The translations under genes were made by a program, and so were the position numbers. A stretch of DNA of 64,000 nucleotides from an uncultured Hylemonella sp. (GTDB lineage: Bacteria; Pseudomonadota; Gammaproteobacteria; Burkholderiales; Burkholderiaceae_C): positions 18,522 through 82,521 of the forward strand of contig CAUPLI010000012.1 of the NCBI GenBank assembly GCA_963512175.1, read 5' to 3'. A model generated the notes under the pieces. The model worked only from the letters and a program-made list of their open reading frames with translations, was not told the origin of the DNA and ran no database searches. Within the stretch, counting starts at the first letter, position 1. Every line of letters begins with the position of its first letter. This document shows, piece after piece, positions 22,015-33,095 of this stretch.

Positions 22015-23376
22015 TCAGCCCAGGAGACGGGTCAGGTCGTTGAACAGCGCGATGGACATCATGAGCGCCAGCATGGCAACGCCGGCACGCTGCAGGCGCT
22101 CCAGCCAAGCTTCCGACACGGGCTTGCCCGTGACACCCTCCCAAAGATAATACATCAGGTGTCCGCCATCGAGCACCGGCAAGGGCAGCAGGTTGAGCAC
22201 GCCCAGGCTGACACTGATCAGGGCCAGGAAGACCAGATAGGACGTCAGCCCCAGGCTGGCGGAACGGCCGGCGTAGTCGGCAATGGTCAGCGGGCCGCTG
22301 AGATTCTTCAGCGACGCCTCGCCCACCAGCATGCGGCCCAGGGTGCGCAGGGTCAGCAAGGAAACGTCCCAGGTCTTCTCGACGCCCTGCCACAGGCCTT
22401 CGAACACGCCGTACTGGACCGTGATCATCTCGGGGGCCACCCCCACATAGGCCCCGATGCGGCCGATCGCCACCCCTCCCTGCTGCTGGACCTCGGGGGT
22501 CACGTCGAGGGTCATGATGGCGCCCTGGCGCTCGATGCGCCAGCTCTTCGTCAAGGCCTGCCCTTCCCGCACCGAGGCACGGATCATCTCGCGCAACTGG
22601 CGGCCGTCCATCACGACCATCCCGCCCAGGTTCAGCACCAGATCGCCCGGACGCAAACCTGATCGTTCTGCCGGACTGCCCGGCGTGATGTCACCGATTT
22701 CCGGCCGGCTCAGCGGCGCAACGATGCCGATCCGCTCGAACAGCTGGGCATCGGCATCGCTCACCGTCATGCTGGCCAGCGGCAGCACCATTTCGGTCAC
22801 GGCGTGCCCACGCGCATCGATCAGGGCCAGGCGTACGTCACGCCCCTCCAGTGCCCCGCGCGTCAGCAGCCAGCGCACATCCTCGAACGAGGCCATGGGC
22901 TTGAGTTCGCCCCCCTCGAAACCCGCGCGCTCGACACGCTCGCCCCCGCGCAGTCCGGCGCGTTCAGCCACCGATGCGGCCACCGGAGCGCCCAGCACCG
23001 GGCTGGCCATCTGCACGCCGCTCCAGTTGACCACCGCATAGAGCAACACGGCCAGCAACAGATTGGCCAGCGGGCCGGCCGCGACGATCAGTGCGCGTGA
23101 GCGCAGCGGCTGGGTGTTGAAGGCCAGGTGCCGCTCGGCCGGGTCCACCGGCGCTTCCCGTTCGTCGAGCATGCGGACATAACCGCCTAATGGGAAAGCC
23201 CCCAGCACGAATTCGGTATCGGAGCCCCTGGGCTGCCAGCGCAGCAGGGTATGACCAAAACCGACCGAGAAGCGCAGCACCTTGACGCCGCAGGCCACGG
23301 CCATGCGGTAGTGCCCGTATTCATGAATGGCGATCAGCAGGCCTAGGGCCACGATGAAGGCAATAACGGTCAGCAT
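22015..23376 (-). CDS. rseP: RIP zinc metalloprotease RseP
   Basis: MLTVIAFIVALGLLIAIHEYGHY (HExxH), PDZ region, and C-terminal LPLPVLDGGH. ATG at 23374-23376. The track ORF to 23658 overlaps dxr and is rejected. Confidence 0.95.
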   Translation of the reverse strand: MLTVIAFIVALGLLIAIHEYGHYRMAVACGVKVLRFSVGFGHTLLRWQPRGSDTEFVLGAFPLGGYVRMLDEREAPVDPAERHLAFNTQPLRSRALIVAAGPLANLLLAVLLYAVVNWSGVQMASPVLGAPVAASVAERAGLRGGERVERAGFEGGELKPMASFEDVRWLLTRGALEGRDVRLALIDARGHAVTEMVLPLASMTVSDADAQLFERIGIVAPLSRPEIGDITPGSPAERSGLRPGDLVLNLGGMVVMDGRQLREMIRASVREGQALTKSWRIERQGAIMTLDVTPEVQQQGGVAIGRIGAYVGVAPEMITVQYGVFEGLWQGVEKTWDVSLLTLRTLGRMLVGEASLKNLSGPLTIADYAGRSASLGLTSYLVFLALISVSLGVLNLLPLPVLDGGHLMYYLWEGVTGKPVSEAWLERLQRAGVAMLALMMSIALFNDLTRLLG

Positions 23377-23392
23377 GTCTGTCCTTTGGGGT

Positions 23393-24595
23393 TCAGGCCG
23401 CCAGCCCACGCAGGCACGACTGCGCCGCCGCACGCGACTGCGCATCCAGCGCCAGCAGATCGTCCAGCGAACCGGGGGCTGCCGGCACAACGGCTTCCAG
23501 TGTGCCCAGGTTGACCGCATGGATCTGGTCGAAACGGATGCGCCTCTCCAGGAAGGCCGCGACCGCCACTTCGTTGGCGGCATTGAGCACCGCCGTGGTG
23601 CCCGCCGGGCCGCGCAAAGCCTCCCAGGCCAGGCCCATGCCGGGGAAGCGCTGCGCATGGCCGGGCGCGTCCATGGGTTCGAAAGTCATGGCCGCGAGTT
23701 TGTGGAAATCCAGCGCCGCCGCGCCCGAGCTCATGCGCTCGGGCCAGGACAGGCCGTAAGCGATGGGCACGCGCATGTCCGGCGTGCCCAGTTGCGCCAC
23801 CACCGAGTGGTCGCAGTACTGGACCATGGAATGGATCACGCTCTGCGGATGGATCACTACCTCCAGCCGCTCGGGCGGCAGGCCGAAGAGGTAACGCGCC
23901 TCGATCACCTCCAGCGCCTTGTTCATCATGGTGGCCGAATCGACCGAGATCTTCCGCCCCATCACCCAGTTCGGGTGGGCGCAGGCCTGCTCGGGCGTGA
24001 CCTCGCGCAGGGTCTGCGGATCGCGCGTGCGAAAGGGCCCGCCTGAGGCCGTCAGGATGATCTTGTCCACGCGCTGCACCCAGGTGGTCGGATCCTCGGG
24101 CAGGGACTGGAAGATGGCCGAATGCTCGCTATCGATCGGCAGCAGCGTGGCACCGCCCGTGCGCACCGCCTGCATGAAGAACTCGCCGCCGACCACCAGC
24201 GCCTCCTTGTTGGCCAGCAGCAGGCGCTTGCCCGCGCGCGCCGCTGCCAGGCAGGGCGCCAGACCGGCGGCACCGACGATGGCGGCCATCACGACGTCGA
24301 CCTCCTCGTGTGCCGCCACCTCGGTGAGGGCCGCCTCGCCGCCCAGCACCTGCGTCTTCGCGCCGGCCTGGCGCAGGCGCTCGGCCAGTTGCGTGGCGTG
24401 GGCGGCACTGGCCATGACGGCGAATCGGGGCTGGAACTGCAGGCATTGCTGCAGCATCAGGTCCACCTGCGTGGCCGCCGTCAGCGCATGGACCTCGAAG
24501 CGCTCCGGATGACGCGCCAGCACATCCAGCGTGCTCGTACCTATGGAACCGGTGGAGCCGAGGATGGCCACCCGCTGGAGTGTTGGCTGCTTCAT
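23393..24595 (-). CDS. dxr: 1-deoxy-D-xylulose 5-phosphate reductoisomerase
   Basis: RVAILGSTGSIGTSTLDV, LANKEAL and NAANEVAV motifs. ATG at 24593-24595 overlaps the cdsA TGA by 1 nt. Confidence 0.97.
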   Translation of the reverse strand: MKQPTLQRVAILGSTGSIGTSTLDVLARHPERFEVHALTAATQVDLMLQQCLQFQPRFAVMASAAHATQLAERLRQAGAKTQVLGGEAALTEVAAHEEVDVVMAAIVGAAGLAPCLAAARAGKRLLLANKEALVVGGEFFMQAVRTGGATLLPIDSEHSAIFQSLPEDPTTWVQRVDKIILTASGGPFRTRDPQTLREVTPEQACAHPNWVMGRKISVDSATMMNKALEVIEARYLFGLPPERLEVVIHPQSVIHSMVQYCDHSVVAQLGTPDMRVPIAYGLSWPERMSSGAAALDFHKLAAMTFEPMDAPGHAQRFPGMGLAWEALRGPAGTTAVLNAANEVAVAAFLERRIRFDQIHAVNLGTLEAVVPAAPGSLDDLLALDAQSRAAAQSCLRGLAA

Positions 24596-25449
24596 CAACG
24601 CAGTACCGAATAGAACATCATGGCCAGGGGCAGCGTGGGCAGCAGGGCATCGACGCGGTCGAGCACGCCGCCATGTCCGGGCAGCAGACGGCTGCTGTCC
24701 TTGGCACCCGCGCTGCGCTTGACCAGCGACTCCACCAGATCACCCACCACACTCATGGCCGCCAGGAACAGCACGGCCAGCAGGAGCAGGCCCCAGCCAC
24801 CCTGCGACTGCAGATGGCCATAGAGACTGGGCGACGGCAGCACGCCGGCACGCTCCAGGGCCAGCCAGACCAGCGCCAGCACCACCACGCCCACCATGCC
24901 GCCCCAGACCCCTTCCCAACTCTTGCCCGGACTGATGGCCGGCGCCAGCTTGACCGCGCTGAAACGACCGCCCCAGGCCTTGCCGGCAAAGTAGGCGGCA
25001 ACGTCCGCCATCCAGACCAGCACCAGGATGGAGAGCAAAAAGGCGATGCCGACCTCGCGCGCCTGCACCACGGCCAGCCAGGCCAGCCACAGAGCCAGCC
25101 AGCCCCCGCCCAGGCGCAAGGCCCGTGGCAGTTGCCCCCAGCGGCTCACGCCGGTCTTGATCAGGGCGGCCCCAACGAGCACCCAGATGCCCCCCGCCAG
25201 TGTCCACAGCAGCGGCTGGGGTGCGGCCAGCAAGCCCAGATCCCAGGCCATGACGCAGGCCACCAGGCAGACGAAGGCGCCGATCCAGGCGCCAAACTGG
25301 CCCAGGCGGTTGAGGTGCCCCCACTCCCAGGCACCCGCCGCGATCAGGACCAGGGTGACCAGGCGCCAGTACAGCGTGTCGTGGTGAAAGAGCGCCGGCA
25401 GCAGGATCAGCAGCAGGACGATGGCGGTGATGATGCGCTGCTTGAGCAT
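24595..25449 (-). CDS. cdsA: Phosphatidate cytidylyltransferase
   Basis: Polytopic membrane protein with the SPGKSWEG and GHGGVLDRVD signature. Confidence 0.95.
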   Translation of the reverse strand: MLKQRIITAIVLLLILLPALFHHDTLYWRLVTLVLIAAGAWEWGHLNRLGQFGAWIGAFVCLVACVMAWDLGLLAAPQPLLWTLAGGIWVLVGAALIKTGVSRWGQLPRALRLGGGWLALWLAWLAVVQAREVGIAFLLSILVLVWMADVAAYFAGKAWGGRFSAVKLAPAISPGKSWEGVWGGMVGVVVLALVWLALERAGVLPSPSLYGHLQSQGGWGLLLLAVLFLAAMSVVGDLVESLVKRSAGAKDSSRLLPGHGGVLDRVDALLPTLPLAMMFYSVLR

Positions 25450-25458
25450 GGTTGATCC

Positions 25459-26202
25459 TCAGGCCGCCTTCTGGCCCGGGCCCGTTGAAGCGACCTGGTC
25501 GGAGGTCTGGCCGTAGCGGCGTTCGCGCCGGTTGAATTCGCTGATGGCACGGTCCAGCTCGGCCTCATCGAAATCCGGCCAGAGCTTGTCACTGAAGAAC
25601 AGTTCGGCATAGGCTGCCTGCCAGAGCAGGAAGTTGCTCAGGCGCAGCTCGCCGCCGGTGCGGATGATGAGATCCGGGTCAGGGACATGGGCCATGGCCA
25701 TGGCCTGGTGCAGCGCCATCTCGGTGATGGGCTGTCCCTGTGCCGCCAGCCGGGCGGCCGCCTGGGCGATGTCCCAGCGTCCGCCGTAGTTGAAGCACAC
25801 GTTCAGAACTAGCTTGTCGTTGGCCGCCGTCGCCAGTTCGGCCTGGTCCAGGCCGGTGCGCACCTTGTCGGACAGGCCGGCCCGATCGCCGACAAAATGC
25901 AGGCGCACGCCATCCTTGAGCAGTTGCGGCACTTCCTTGCCCAGGGCCGTGGCCAGCAGGTCCATGAGACCCGAGACCTCGTCGGCCGGGCGATTCCAGT
26001 TTTCGGAGGAGAAGGCGAAGACGGTCAGCGCCCCCACCTGACGCTCCAGGCAAGCCCGGATGCAGCGGCGCAGGCTCTCCATGCCCTGACGGTGGCCTGC
26101 CAGACGCGGCAGGAAGCGCTTGGTGGCCCAGCGGCCATTGCCATCCATGACGATGGCGATGTGTTGCGGCAAGCCGCCGGGCGCTGTCATTGTTGGGGTC
26201 AC
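25459..26202 (-). CDS. uppS: Undecaprenyl diphosphate synthase
   Basis: HIAIVMDGNGRWA and SSENWNRP, ELFF..LWPDF motifs. GTG at 26202 or ATG at 26190. Confidence 0.95.
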   Translation of the reverse strand: MTPTMTAPGGLPQHIAIVMDGNGRWATKRFLPRLAGHRQGMESLRRCIRACLERQVGALTVFAFSSENWNRPADEVSGLMDLLATALGKEVPQLLKDGVRLHFVGDRAGLSDKVRTGLDQAELATAANDKLVLNVCFNYGGRWDIAQAAARLAAQGQPITEMALHQAMAMAHVPDPDLIIRTGGELRLSNFLLWQAAYAELFFSDKLWPDFDEAELDRAISEFNRRERRYGQTSDQVASTGPGQKAA

Positions 26203-26212
26203 GATGGCGGTG

Positions 26213-26773
26213 TCAGACCGCCATCACTTCCTGTTCCTTGCCCGCGACCAGCTGGTCGATGGTCGTGACATGCTTGTCGGTCAGCTTCTGGATATCGGCT
26301 TCGGAACGTTTCTGGTCGTCCTCGGACGCGGTCTTGTCCTTGACCAGCTTCTTGACGGCCTCGTTGGCGTCACGGCGCAGGTTGCGCACGGCGATCTTGG
26401 CGTTCTCGCCCTCGGTACGCACCAGCTTGGTCATCTCCTTGCGGCGCTCCTCGCTCATGGGTGGCATGGGCACACGGATCAGGTCGCCCATGGAGGCCGG
26501 GTTCAGGCCCAGGTCGCTCTCGCGGATGGCTTTCTCGATCTTGGCGCCCATGCCCTTTTCCCAGGGCTGCACGCTGATCGTGCGAGCGTCGAGCAGGTTC
26601 ACGTTGGCGACCTGGCTCAGCGGCACCGTGGAGCCGTAGTACTCGACCTGCACGGAATCGAGCAGCGACGGGTTCGCGCGGCCGGTACGGATCTTGGACA
26701 GGTGGTTCTTCAGGGCCTCGATGGACTGGTCCATCTTGGTTTCCATGGTTTTCTTGATGTCTGCAATCGTCAT
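26213..26773 (-). CDS. frr: Ribosome recycling factor
   Basis: 186 aa; [26 protein letters not shown]. Confidence 0.97.
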   Translation of the reverse strand: MTIADIKKTMETKMDQSIEALKNHLSKIRTGRANPSLLDSVQVEYYGSTVPLSQVANVNLLDARTISVQPWEKGMGAKIEKAIRESDLGLNPASMGDLIRVPMPPMSEERRKEMTKLVRTEGENAKIAVRNLRRDANEAVKKLVKDKTASEDDQKRSEADIQKLTDKHVTTIDQLVAGKEQEVMAV

Positions 26774-26805
26774 GCTTTGCTCCTCTGCGGCATCAGCGGC
26801 TGCGC

Positions 26806-27528
26806 TCAGGCGTAGACCAGCGTGCCCTCGTCTTCACCCATCACGACACGCTTGAGCGCGCCGTGCTTGAAAATGGAAAACACCTTGATCGGCAGCTTCT
26901 GGTCGCGGCACAGCGCGAAGGCCGTGGCGTCCATGATGCCGAGATTCTTCGAGATCGCCTCGTCGAAGGAAATCTTGCTGTAGCGGGTGGCGGTCTTGTC
27001 CTTGTTCGGGTCGGCGCTGTAGACGCCGTCCACCTTGGTGGCCTTGAGCACCATCTCGGCCCCGATCTCGGCCCCGCGCAGCGCGGCGGCCGTGTCGGTA
27101 GTGAAGAAGGGGTTGCCCGTGCCGGCCGCGAAGACCACGACCTTGCCCTCTTCGAGGTACTGCAGGGCCTTGGGACGCACATAGGGCTCGACCACCTGCT
27201 CGATGGCAATCGCCGACATCACGCGGGCGGTGAGGCCGGCCTTGTTCATGGTGTCGGCCAGCGCCAGCGCGTTCATCACGGTGGCCAGCATGCCCATGTA
27301 GTCGGCCGTGGCCCGGTCCATGCCGACCGAACCGCCCGCCACACCGCGAAAGATGTTGCCGCCGCCGATGACGACGGCGACTTCCACCCCCAGGCGCGTG
27401 ATCTCGGCCACCTCCTGCACCATGCGCTGGATGGTCGCGTGGTTGATGCCGAAAGCATCGTCGCCCATCAGGGCCTCCCCGGACAGCTTAAGCAGAATAC
27501 GCTTGTAGGCTGGCTTGGGGTCGGACAT
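26806..27528 (-). CDS. pyrH: UMP kinase
   Basis: [13 protein letters not shown]...[10 protein letters not shown]; AAGGAG Shine-Dalgarno upstream. Confidence 0.97.
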   Translation of the reverse strand: MSDPKPAYKRILLKLSGEALMGDDAFGINHATIQRMVQEVAEITRLGVEVAVVIGGGNIFRGVAGGSVGMDRATADYMGMLATVMNALALADTMNKAGLTARVMSAIAIEQVVEPYVRPKALQYLEEGKVVVFAAGTGNPFFTTDTAAALRGAEIGAEMVLKATKVDGVYSADPNKDKTATRYSKISFDEAISKNLGIMDATAFALCRDQKLPIKVFSIFKHGALKRVVMGEDEGTLVYA

Positions 27529-27622
27529 GAAGGGCTCCTTGCAGGTGATGGTGATACGCGATCCGGACAGACGGAATTTACAGGATTTCGCCTGGCCGAA
27601 CCGTCGCTCGGCCAGTGGACTG

Positions 27623-28546
27623 TCAGCCCGCCTGCTTGGCGGCAGCCACCTGGGCAGCCACTTCGGCGGCGAAGTCGTCGACCTTCTTCTCGATGCCCTC
27701 GCCCACCACGTACAGGGTGAAACCCTTGACGGTGGTGCTGGCGGCCTTGAGCATCTGCTCGACGGTCTGCTTGTCGTTCTTCACGAAGGGCTGGTTGAAC
27801 AGCGACACTTCCTTCAGGAACTTCTGCACACCGCCCTCGATGCGCTTGGCCACGATGTCGGCGGGCTGCACGGGCTTGCCAGCTGCCTCAGCAGTCTTGC
27901 GGTCTTCTTCGGCCTTGCCAGCGGCAACAGCACGCTCTTTTTCAATCAGTTCGGCCGGCACGTCGGCGCTGGTCAGCGCCACGGGCTTCATGGCGGCCAC
28001 GTGCATGGCCACGTCCTTGGCGGCAGTCTCGTCGCCGTCGAACTCGACCACCACGCCGATGCGCGTGCCGTGCAGGTAGGCGGCCAGCTTGGCGCCAGAG
28101 GCAAAACGCTTGAAACGACGGAAGCTCATGTTCTCGCCGATCTTGCCGATCAGACCCTTGCGCACGTCTTCCAGGGTGGGGCCAAAGCCGTCCTGGCTGT
28201 AGGGCAGCGCGCCCAGGGCGGCCACATCGGCCGGGTTGTGCTTGGCGATCAGCTCGGCAGCCGCCTTGGCCAGGGCCAGGAAGCTGTCGTTCTTGGTCAC
28301 GAAGTCGGTCTCGCAGTTCACTTCGATCAGGGCGCCGGTGCTGCCGCTGATGGAGCTGGTCACCACGCCTTCGGCGGTCACGCGCGAGGCGGCCTTGCCG
28401 GCCTTGGTGCCGAGCTTGACGCGCAGCAGCTCTTCGGCCTTGGCCATGTCGCCCTCGGCTTCGGTCAGGGCCTTCTTGCACTCCATCATCGGGGCGTCGG
28501 TCTTGCCGCGCAGTTCGGCAACCATGCTTGCGGTAATTGCAGCCAT
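27623..28546 (-). CDS. tsf: Translation elongation factor Ts
   Basis: [27 protein letters not shown]; 307 aa; GGAG Shine-Dalgarno upstream. Confidence 0.97.
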   Translation of the reverse strand: MAAITASMVAELRGKTDAPMMECKKALTEAEGDMAKAEELLRVKLGTKAGKAASRVTAEGVVTSSISGSTGALIEVNCETDFVTKNDSFLALAKAAAELIAKHNPADVAALGALPYSQDGFGPTLEDVRKGLIGKIGENMSFRRFKRFASGAKLAAYLHGTRIGVVVEFDGDETAAKDVAMHVAAMKPVALTSADVPAELIEKERAVAAGKAEEDRKTAEAAGKPVQPADIVAKRIEGGVQKFLKEVSLFNQPFVKNDKQTVEQMLKAASTTVKGFTLYVVGEGIEKKVDDFAAEVAAQVAAAKQAG

Positions 28547-28584
28547 CTTCTTACTCCGTCATCAATTCAAAATCAGATTGGGGC

Positions 28585-28611
28585 TAAAAAAAAGGGGCAC
28601 AGCGCCCCTTT
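28585..28611 (-). terminator. Intrinsic terminator/attenuator between rpsB and tsf
   Basis: Minus-strand RNA reads AAAGGGGC-GCUGU-GCCCCUUU followed by UUUUU (8-bp stem at 28591-28598/28604-28611). An attenuating terminator at this position is known for the E. coli rpsB-tsf operon. Confidence 0.7.
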
Positions 28612-28629
28612 CTTCGGGTCGGGACCGGA

Positions 28630-29382
28630 TCAGGCGGAAGCTTCGTTCACTTCCACGAACTCGTCGCCGCTCTCGGATGCCACGGCTTTGACCACGTCAT
28701 CCACGGCGTTGGCACGGCCTTCCAGAATGGCGTCGGCGATGCCGCGGGCGTACAGGGTCACGGCCTTGGACGAGTCGTCGTTGCCGGGGATCACGTAATC
28801 GATGCCTTCGGGCGAGTGGTTGGAGTCGACCACGCCGATCAGCGGGATGCCCAGCTTCTTGGCTTCGGCAATGGCGATCTTGTGGTAACCGACGTCGATC
28901 ACGAAGATCGCGTCCGGCAGGGTGTTCATGTCCTGGATGCCGCCGATGTCCTTCTCGAGCTTCTCGAGTTCACGGGCGAACATCAGCTGTTCCTTCTTGC
29001 TCATGGCGTCCAGGCCGGTTTCCTGCTGGGCCTTCATGTCCTTCAGACGCTTGATCGAGGTCTTGACGGTCTTGAAGTTGGTCAGCATGCCACCCAGCCA
29101 GCGCTGGTCGACGAAAGGCACGCCGGCGCGCTGGGCTTCAGCAGCCACGGTTTCGCGGGCGGTGCGCTTGGTGCCGACCATCAGGATGGTGCCGCGCTTG
29201 GCAGCCAGTTGCTTGGCGAACTTGGCTGCGTCCTGGAACATCGGCAGCGATTTTTCCAGGTTGATGATGTGGATCTTGTTGCGATGGCCGAAGATGAAGG
29301 GGGCCATCTTGGGGTTCCAGAAGCGGGTCTGGTGGCCAAAATGGACACCGGCTTCCAGCATTTGACGCATGGTCACGGACAT
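28630..29382 (-). CDS. rpsB: 30S ribosomal protein S2
   Basis: [26 protein letters not shown]; 250 aa; ATG at 29380-29382. The 798-aa track ORF to 31026 is a read-through artefact. Confidence 0.97.
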   Translation of the reverse strand: MSVTMRQMLEAGVHFGHQTRFWNPKMAPFIFGHRNKIHIINLEKSLPMFQDAAKFAKQLAAKRGTILMVGTKRTARETVAAEAQRAGVPFVDQRWLGGMLTNFKTVKTSIKRLKDMKAQQETGLDAMSKKEQLMFARELEKLEKDIGGIQDMNTLPDAIFVIDVGYHKIAIAEAKKLGIPLIGVVDSNHSPEGIDYVIPGNDDSSKAVTLYARGIADAILEGRANAVDDVVKAVASESGDEFVEVNEASA

Positions 29383-29529
29383 GTGAATAACTCCGAAGGT
29401 TGGGTCTAAAATCCGGTCCTCTTTGCAATCGGCGTCTTGCGCCGGCTGCAACACCTGGATGGACCGGTTTGCGATTTGCTCTGCGGCTGCTTGCGCGAGA
29501 TGCGCAGGCCCTTCCAGCAAAGCCCGACG

Positions 29530-29538
29530 AGTATAGCA
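29530..29538 (-). promoter_or_regulatory. Extended -10 promoter (TGCTATACT) for rpsB-tsf
   Basis: Minus strand reads TGCTATACTCG. This implies a ~140-nt 5' UTR. The same 11-mer occurs upstream of tRNA-Val. Confidence 0.55.
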
Positions 29539-29553
29539 CAGACCCACTTGCCG

Positions 29554-30897
29554 ATGCCCCCCGCCGCCGACCTCCACACCACCCGCCAGCGCCTTCTGGC
29601 CGGCCAGACCAGCCCCCAGGCCGAGATCGAGCAGGCCATCGAACGGGCCGCCGCGCCAGCCTGCCAGTTCGCCTTCGTGCTGCCCGACTTTGCCGCTGCC
29701 CGCGCCCAGTCCACGGCGGCTGACCCGGCCCGCCAGCCCCTGGCTGGCCTGGCCGTTTCGGTCAAGGACCTGTTCGACGTGACCGGCCAGATCAGTCGCG
29801 CCGGCTCCGTCGTGCTCAAGGACGCCCCGCCCGCCCGCCAGGACGCCGTGGCCGTGGCCCGGCTGCGCGCCGCCGGCGGCGCCCTGATAGGCCGTACCAA
29901 TATGAGCGAGTTCGCCTATTCGGGCGTCGGTGTCAACCCGCACCACGGCACCCCGGCCAATGCCGCGACCACCGACCTGCCGCGCGTGCCGGGCGGCTCG
30001 TCCAGCGGAGCGGCCGTTTCCGTCGCCGCGGGTGCAGCCTTCGTCGGCCTGGGCTCGGACACCGGCGGCTCGATCCGCATCCCGGCCGCCCTGCAGGGCA
30101 TCGTGGGCTTCAAGAGCACCCAGCGCCTGGTGCCGCTGGACGGCACGGTGCCCCTGTCCTTCACGCTGGACACGGCCTGCGCCATGACACGCTCGGTGCG
30201 CGACGCCATCACCGTACATGAGATCCTGGCCGCACGCCGCGTCACGCGCAGCGCGGCGCCGCTGTCGGCCTACCGGCTGGCCGTGGTGCCGCAAGTGATG
30301 TTCGACGGCATCGACGCCACCGTGGCGCGCGCCTTCGACCGTACCCTGCAGGCCTTGCGCGGAGCCGGAGCACGTATCGAAGAACTCCCCCTGCCCGCCC
30401 TGCATGAACTTGCGGGCCTGCAGGCCAGCGGCGGTTTTGCCGCCGCCGAGAGCTACGCCTGGCACCGCCGCCTGCTGGCCGACCATGCCGCCCAGTACGA
30501 CCCACGCGTTCTGTCGCGCATCCAGCGCGGCGGCGCCATCAGCGCGGCCGACTACATCGATCTGCTGCAAGCACGGCGCGGCTGGATCGCACGCGTCGAG
30601 CTGGCCCTGGCCGGTTTCGACGCCGTGCTCTCGCCCACCGTCCCCATCGTGGCGCCCCCGCTGGCCGACGTGATGCCTGGGACCGAGCGCGACGAAGCCT
30701 TCTTCCGCATCAACGGCCTGCTGCTGCGCAACCCCAGCGTGGTCAACATGCTCGACGGCTGCGCCATCTCCCTGCCCTGCCACGCGCCGGACGAGCTGCC
30801 GGTGGGCCTGATGGTCTGGCAGGGCGCGATGCGCGATGATGTGGTCCTGAACATTGCGCAGCAGATTGAGCACCTGCTGCGCCCGCAACAACCATAA
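29554..30897 (+). CDS. Amidase-signature family amidohydrolase
   Basis: [25 protein letters not shown] and [14 protein letters not shown] (Ser-cisSer-Lys amidase signature). The ATG at 29554 is chosen because the upstream extension would cover the rpsB promoter. Confidence 0.9.
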   Translation: MPPAADLHTTRQRLLAGQTSPQAEIEQAIERAAAPACQFAFVLPDFAAARAQSTAADPARQPLAGLAVSVKDLFDVTGQISRAGSVVLKDAPPARQDAVAVARLRAAGGALIGRTNMSEFAYSGVGVNPHHGTPANAATTDLPRVPGGSSSGAAVSVAAGAAFVGLGSDTGGSIRIPAALQGIVGFKSTQRLVPLDGTVPLSFTLDTACAMTRSVRDAITVHEILAARRVTRSAAPLSAYRLAVVPQVMFDGIDATVARAFDRTLQALRGAGARIEELPLPALHELAGLQASGGFAAAESYAWHRRLLADHAAQYDPRVLSRIQRGGAISAADYIDLLQARRGWIARVELALAGFDAVLSPTVPIVAPPLADVMPGTERDEAFFRINGLLLRNPSVVNMLDGCAISLPCHAPDELPVGLMVWQGAMRDDVVLNIAQQIEHLLRPQQP

Positions 30898-30946
30898 TCC
30901 CCCATCCCGCCAGCCAGCCCGGCCAGCGGGAACCCACTCCCGATTC

Positions 30947-32200
30947 ATGAAAATTGCAGTCATCGGCGCCGGCATCATCGGCGTCACCACCGCCTGGGAA
31001 CTGGCCCGCGACGGCCACGAGGTCACGGTCTACGAACGCCGCATCGCCGCCGCCGAGGAAGGCAGCTTTGCCAACACCGGCATCCTCGCGCCTGGCTACA
31101 CCGCCCCCTGGGCCGCCCCGGGCATGCCCTTCAAGATCCTGCGCCATCTGCTGCTGCGCCACGCGCCGGTGCATTTTTCCCTGCCCCTGAGCAGCAGCGA
31201 CCTGGCCTGGATGTGGAAGTCCTGGCGCGCCTGCGGCAGCGAGACCTATCTGCGCAACCGCCAGAACCTCCAGGGGCTGGCCCGCTACAGCCGCACGCGC
31301 CTGCACGAACTTGCCACCGAACTGGAACTCGATTTCGACCGCAGCCAGGGCCTGCTGGTCCTGCTGCGCTCCGAGCGCGACCATGCCCTGCTGCGCCCCG
31401 GCCTGCAGTTGCTGCGCGATCAGGGCATGGCGCACCGCGAGCTCAAGCCCGAGGAGGCGCGCGCCATCGAGCCCGCCCTGAACCCAGACACCGCCTTCCA
31501 CGGCGCCCTGCACCTGCCCGATGACGAGGTGGGCAACTGCCGGCAATTTGCCTTGCTGCTCAAGAATGCCGCCCTGGCCCGCGGCGTGCAATTTGCCTTC
31601 GGCACCACCGTCGAACGCCTGACACCCGACCAGGGCATGGACGTACAACTGGCCGGCGAGGCGCAGCCACGCCACTTCGATGCCGCCGTGCTGTGCGCCG
31701 GGGTCGACTCGGCCCGGCTGATGCGACCGCTGGGCCTGAAGATTCCGCTGGCCGCGGTGTATGGCTACTCGGTCAGCGCCACCGTGCGCGAACCGCTGAA
31801 CGCCCCGCGCAGTGCCGTGATGGACGAGCGCTACAAGGTGGCCATCGCACGCCTGGGCAACCGGGTGCGCGTCGGTGGCGGCGCCGAACTGGGGGGTCGC
31901 CCCGAGCGCCAGCGCAAGGACGCCCTGCAGACCCTCTACAAGGTGCTGCAGGACTGGTTCCCCGGCGCGGCCGTGCTCTCCAGCGGCGTGCAGACCTGGA
32001 AGGGCGCACGCCCCATGCTGCCCGACGGCCCGCCCCTGCTGGGCGCCAGCGGCATCCCGGGCCTGTGGCTGAACTGCGGCCACGGCTCCAGTGGCTGGGC
32101 CCTGGGCTGCGGCTCGGCCCGCGCCCTCGCCGATCTGGTGGGCGGCCACCGACCCGAACTCGCGCTGGACGGCTTCGGCATCGAGCGGCTGCGCACCTGA
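30947..32200 (+). CDS. FAD-dependent oxidoreductase, D-amino-acid dehydrogenase (DadA)-like
   Basis: [31 protein letters not shown] (GxGxxG Rossmann); about 417 aa; overall DadA-like layout. Confidence 0.88.
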   Translation: MKIAVIGAGIIGVTTAWELARDGHEVTVYERRIAAAEEGSFANTGILAPGYTAPWAAPGMPFKILRHLLLRHAPVHFSLPLSSSDLAWMWKSWRACGSETYLRNRQNLQGLARYSRTRLHELATELELDFDRSQGLLVLLRSERDHALLRPGLQLLRDQGMAHRELKPEEARAIEPALNPDTAFHGALHLPDDEVGNCRQFALLLKNAALARGVQFAFGTTVERLTPDQGMDVQLAGEAQPRHFDAAVLCAGVDSARLMRPLGLKIPLAAVYGYSVSATVREPLNAPRSAVMDERYKVAIARLGNRVRVGGGAELGGRPERQRKDALQTLYKVLQDWFPGAAVLSSGVQTWKGARPMLPDGPPLLGASGIPGLWLNCGHGSSGWALGCGSARALADLVGGHRPELALDGFGIERLRT

Positions 32201-32206
32201 GGGGGG

Positions 32207-32240
32207 ATTGTGTACAGTAGGCGCACTCCCGGTACACAAT
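32207..32240. repeat. 9-bp perfect inverted repeat ATTGTGTAC-N16-GTACACAAT between the dadA-like and HDOD genes
   Basis: Read directly: arms at 32207-32215 and 32232-32240. Lies 6 nt after the dadA-like stop and 5 nt before the HDOD ATG. No U-tract follows. Confidence 0.6.
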
Positions 32241-32245
32241 GCAAT

Positions 32246-33095
32246 CATGAGTCCTGAACTGTCGCAAAAACTGGCGGCTGCCGTCGATGGCATGCCCGCC
32301 TTCCCCAAAAGCGTGCAGGCCATCCTGGACCTGACCCGGGACGTGAACTGCACCCCCAAGGACCTGGTGCAGGTGATCGACAAGGACCCGGTGGTCACGG
32401 TCAAGATCCTCAAGGTCATCAACTCGGCCTACTACAGCCTGCCCAAGCAGGTCACCTCGATCAACCACGCCGTGGTCTTCCTGGGCTTCAACACCATCAA
32501 GAACCTGGCCCTGGGCATCGCCGCCATCGGCATGCTGCCCAAGAGCAATGCCGCCGGCTTCGACGTGCAGCAGTACCTGCTGCACTCGCTGGCCACGGCC
32601 AACATTGCCAAGAAAATCGCCAGCGATGTGGAGGGCGCGGACCCGATGGACTGCTTCATCGCCGGCCTGCTGCATGATTTCGGCAAGGTGGTCTTCGCCC
32701 AGTTCATGCCCAACGAGTTCCGCCAGGCCCTCGAAGCCTGCAAAGAGAACGGAAGTTCACTGCACGAGGCATTGCGCCAGATCATCGGCGTGGACCACGC
32801 GGTGGTGGGGGGCATGCTGGTGGAGAAATGGCGCTTCGCCCCCAGCCTGGTCGAGACCATCCAGAACATGCACGGCACCGGTCTGAAAGACACGCCCATG
32901 GTGGCCTGCGTCTTTGCCGCCAACCAGATCAGCAAGAAGCTGCAGTTCGGTTTCGGTGGCAACCACCACGTGGAACCGCTCTCACCGGCCATGGCCAGGT
33001 GGCTCGGTGGCGACCTCGACCACGTCATCGCCGAACTCGGCGATCTCCAGGCGCTCTTCGAGGAAGCGCAGGTCTTTTCCAAGCTCGAATCATGA
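32246..33095 (+). CDS. HDOD-domain signalling protein (stand-alone)
   Basis: MPAFPKSVQAILDLTRD...DLVQVIDKDPVVTVKILKVINSAYYSL...LLHDFGKVV...VDHAVVGGMLVEKW is the HDOD pattern. Start 32246. The stop overlaps the next ATG. Confidence 0.88.

Noticed and set aside
28630-31026. Over-long versions of real genes in the ORF track: rpsB extended to 31026, lpxA to 18250, rseP to 23658, nnr from 32914, pirin to 58063, greA to 10022, the TrmH-like gene to 15316, and the MBL gene from 32828.
   Set aside because: The extensions run through neighbouring well-defined genes or promoters and consist of Arg/Ala/Pro-rich filler. Conserved N-termini, Shine-Dalgarno sequences or start/stop overlaps identify internal starts.
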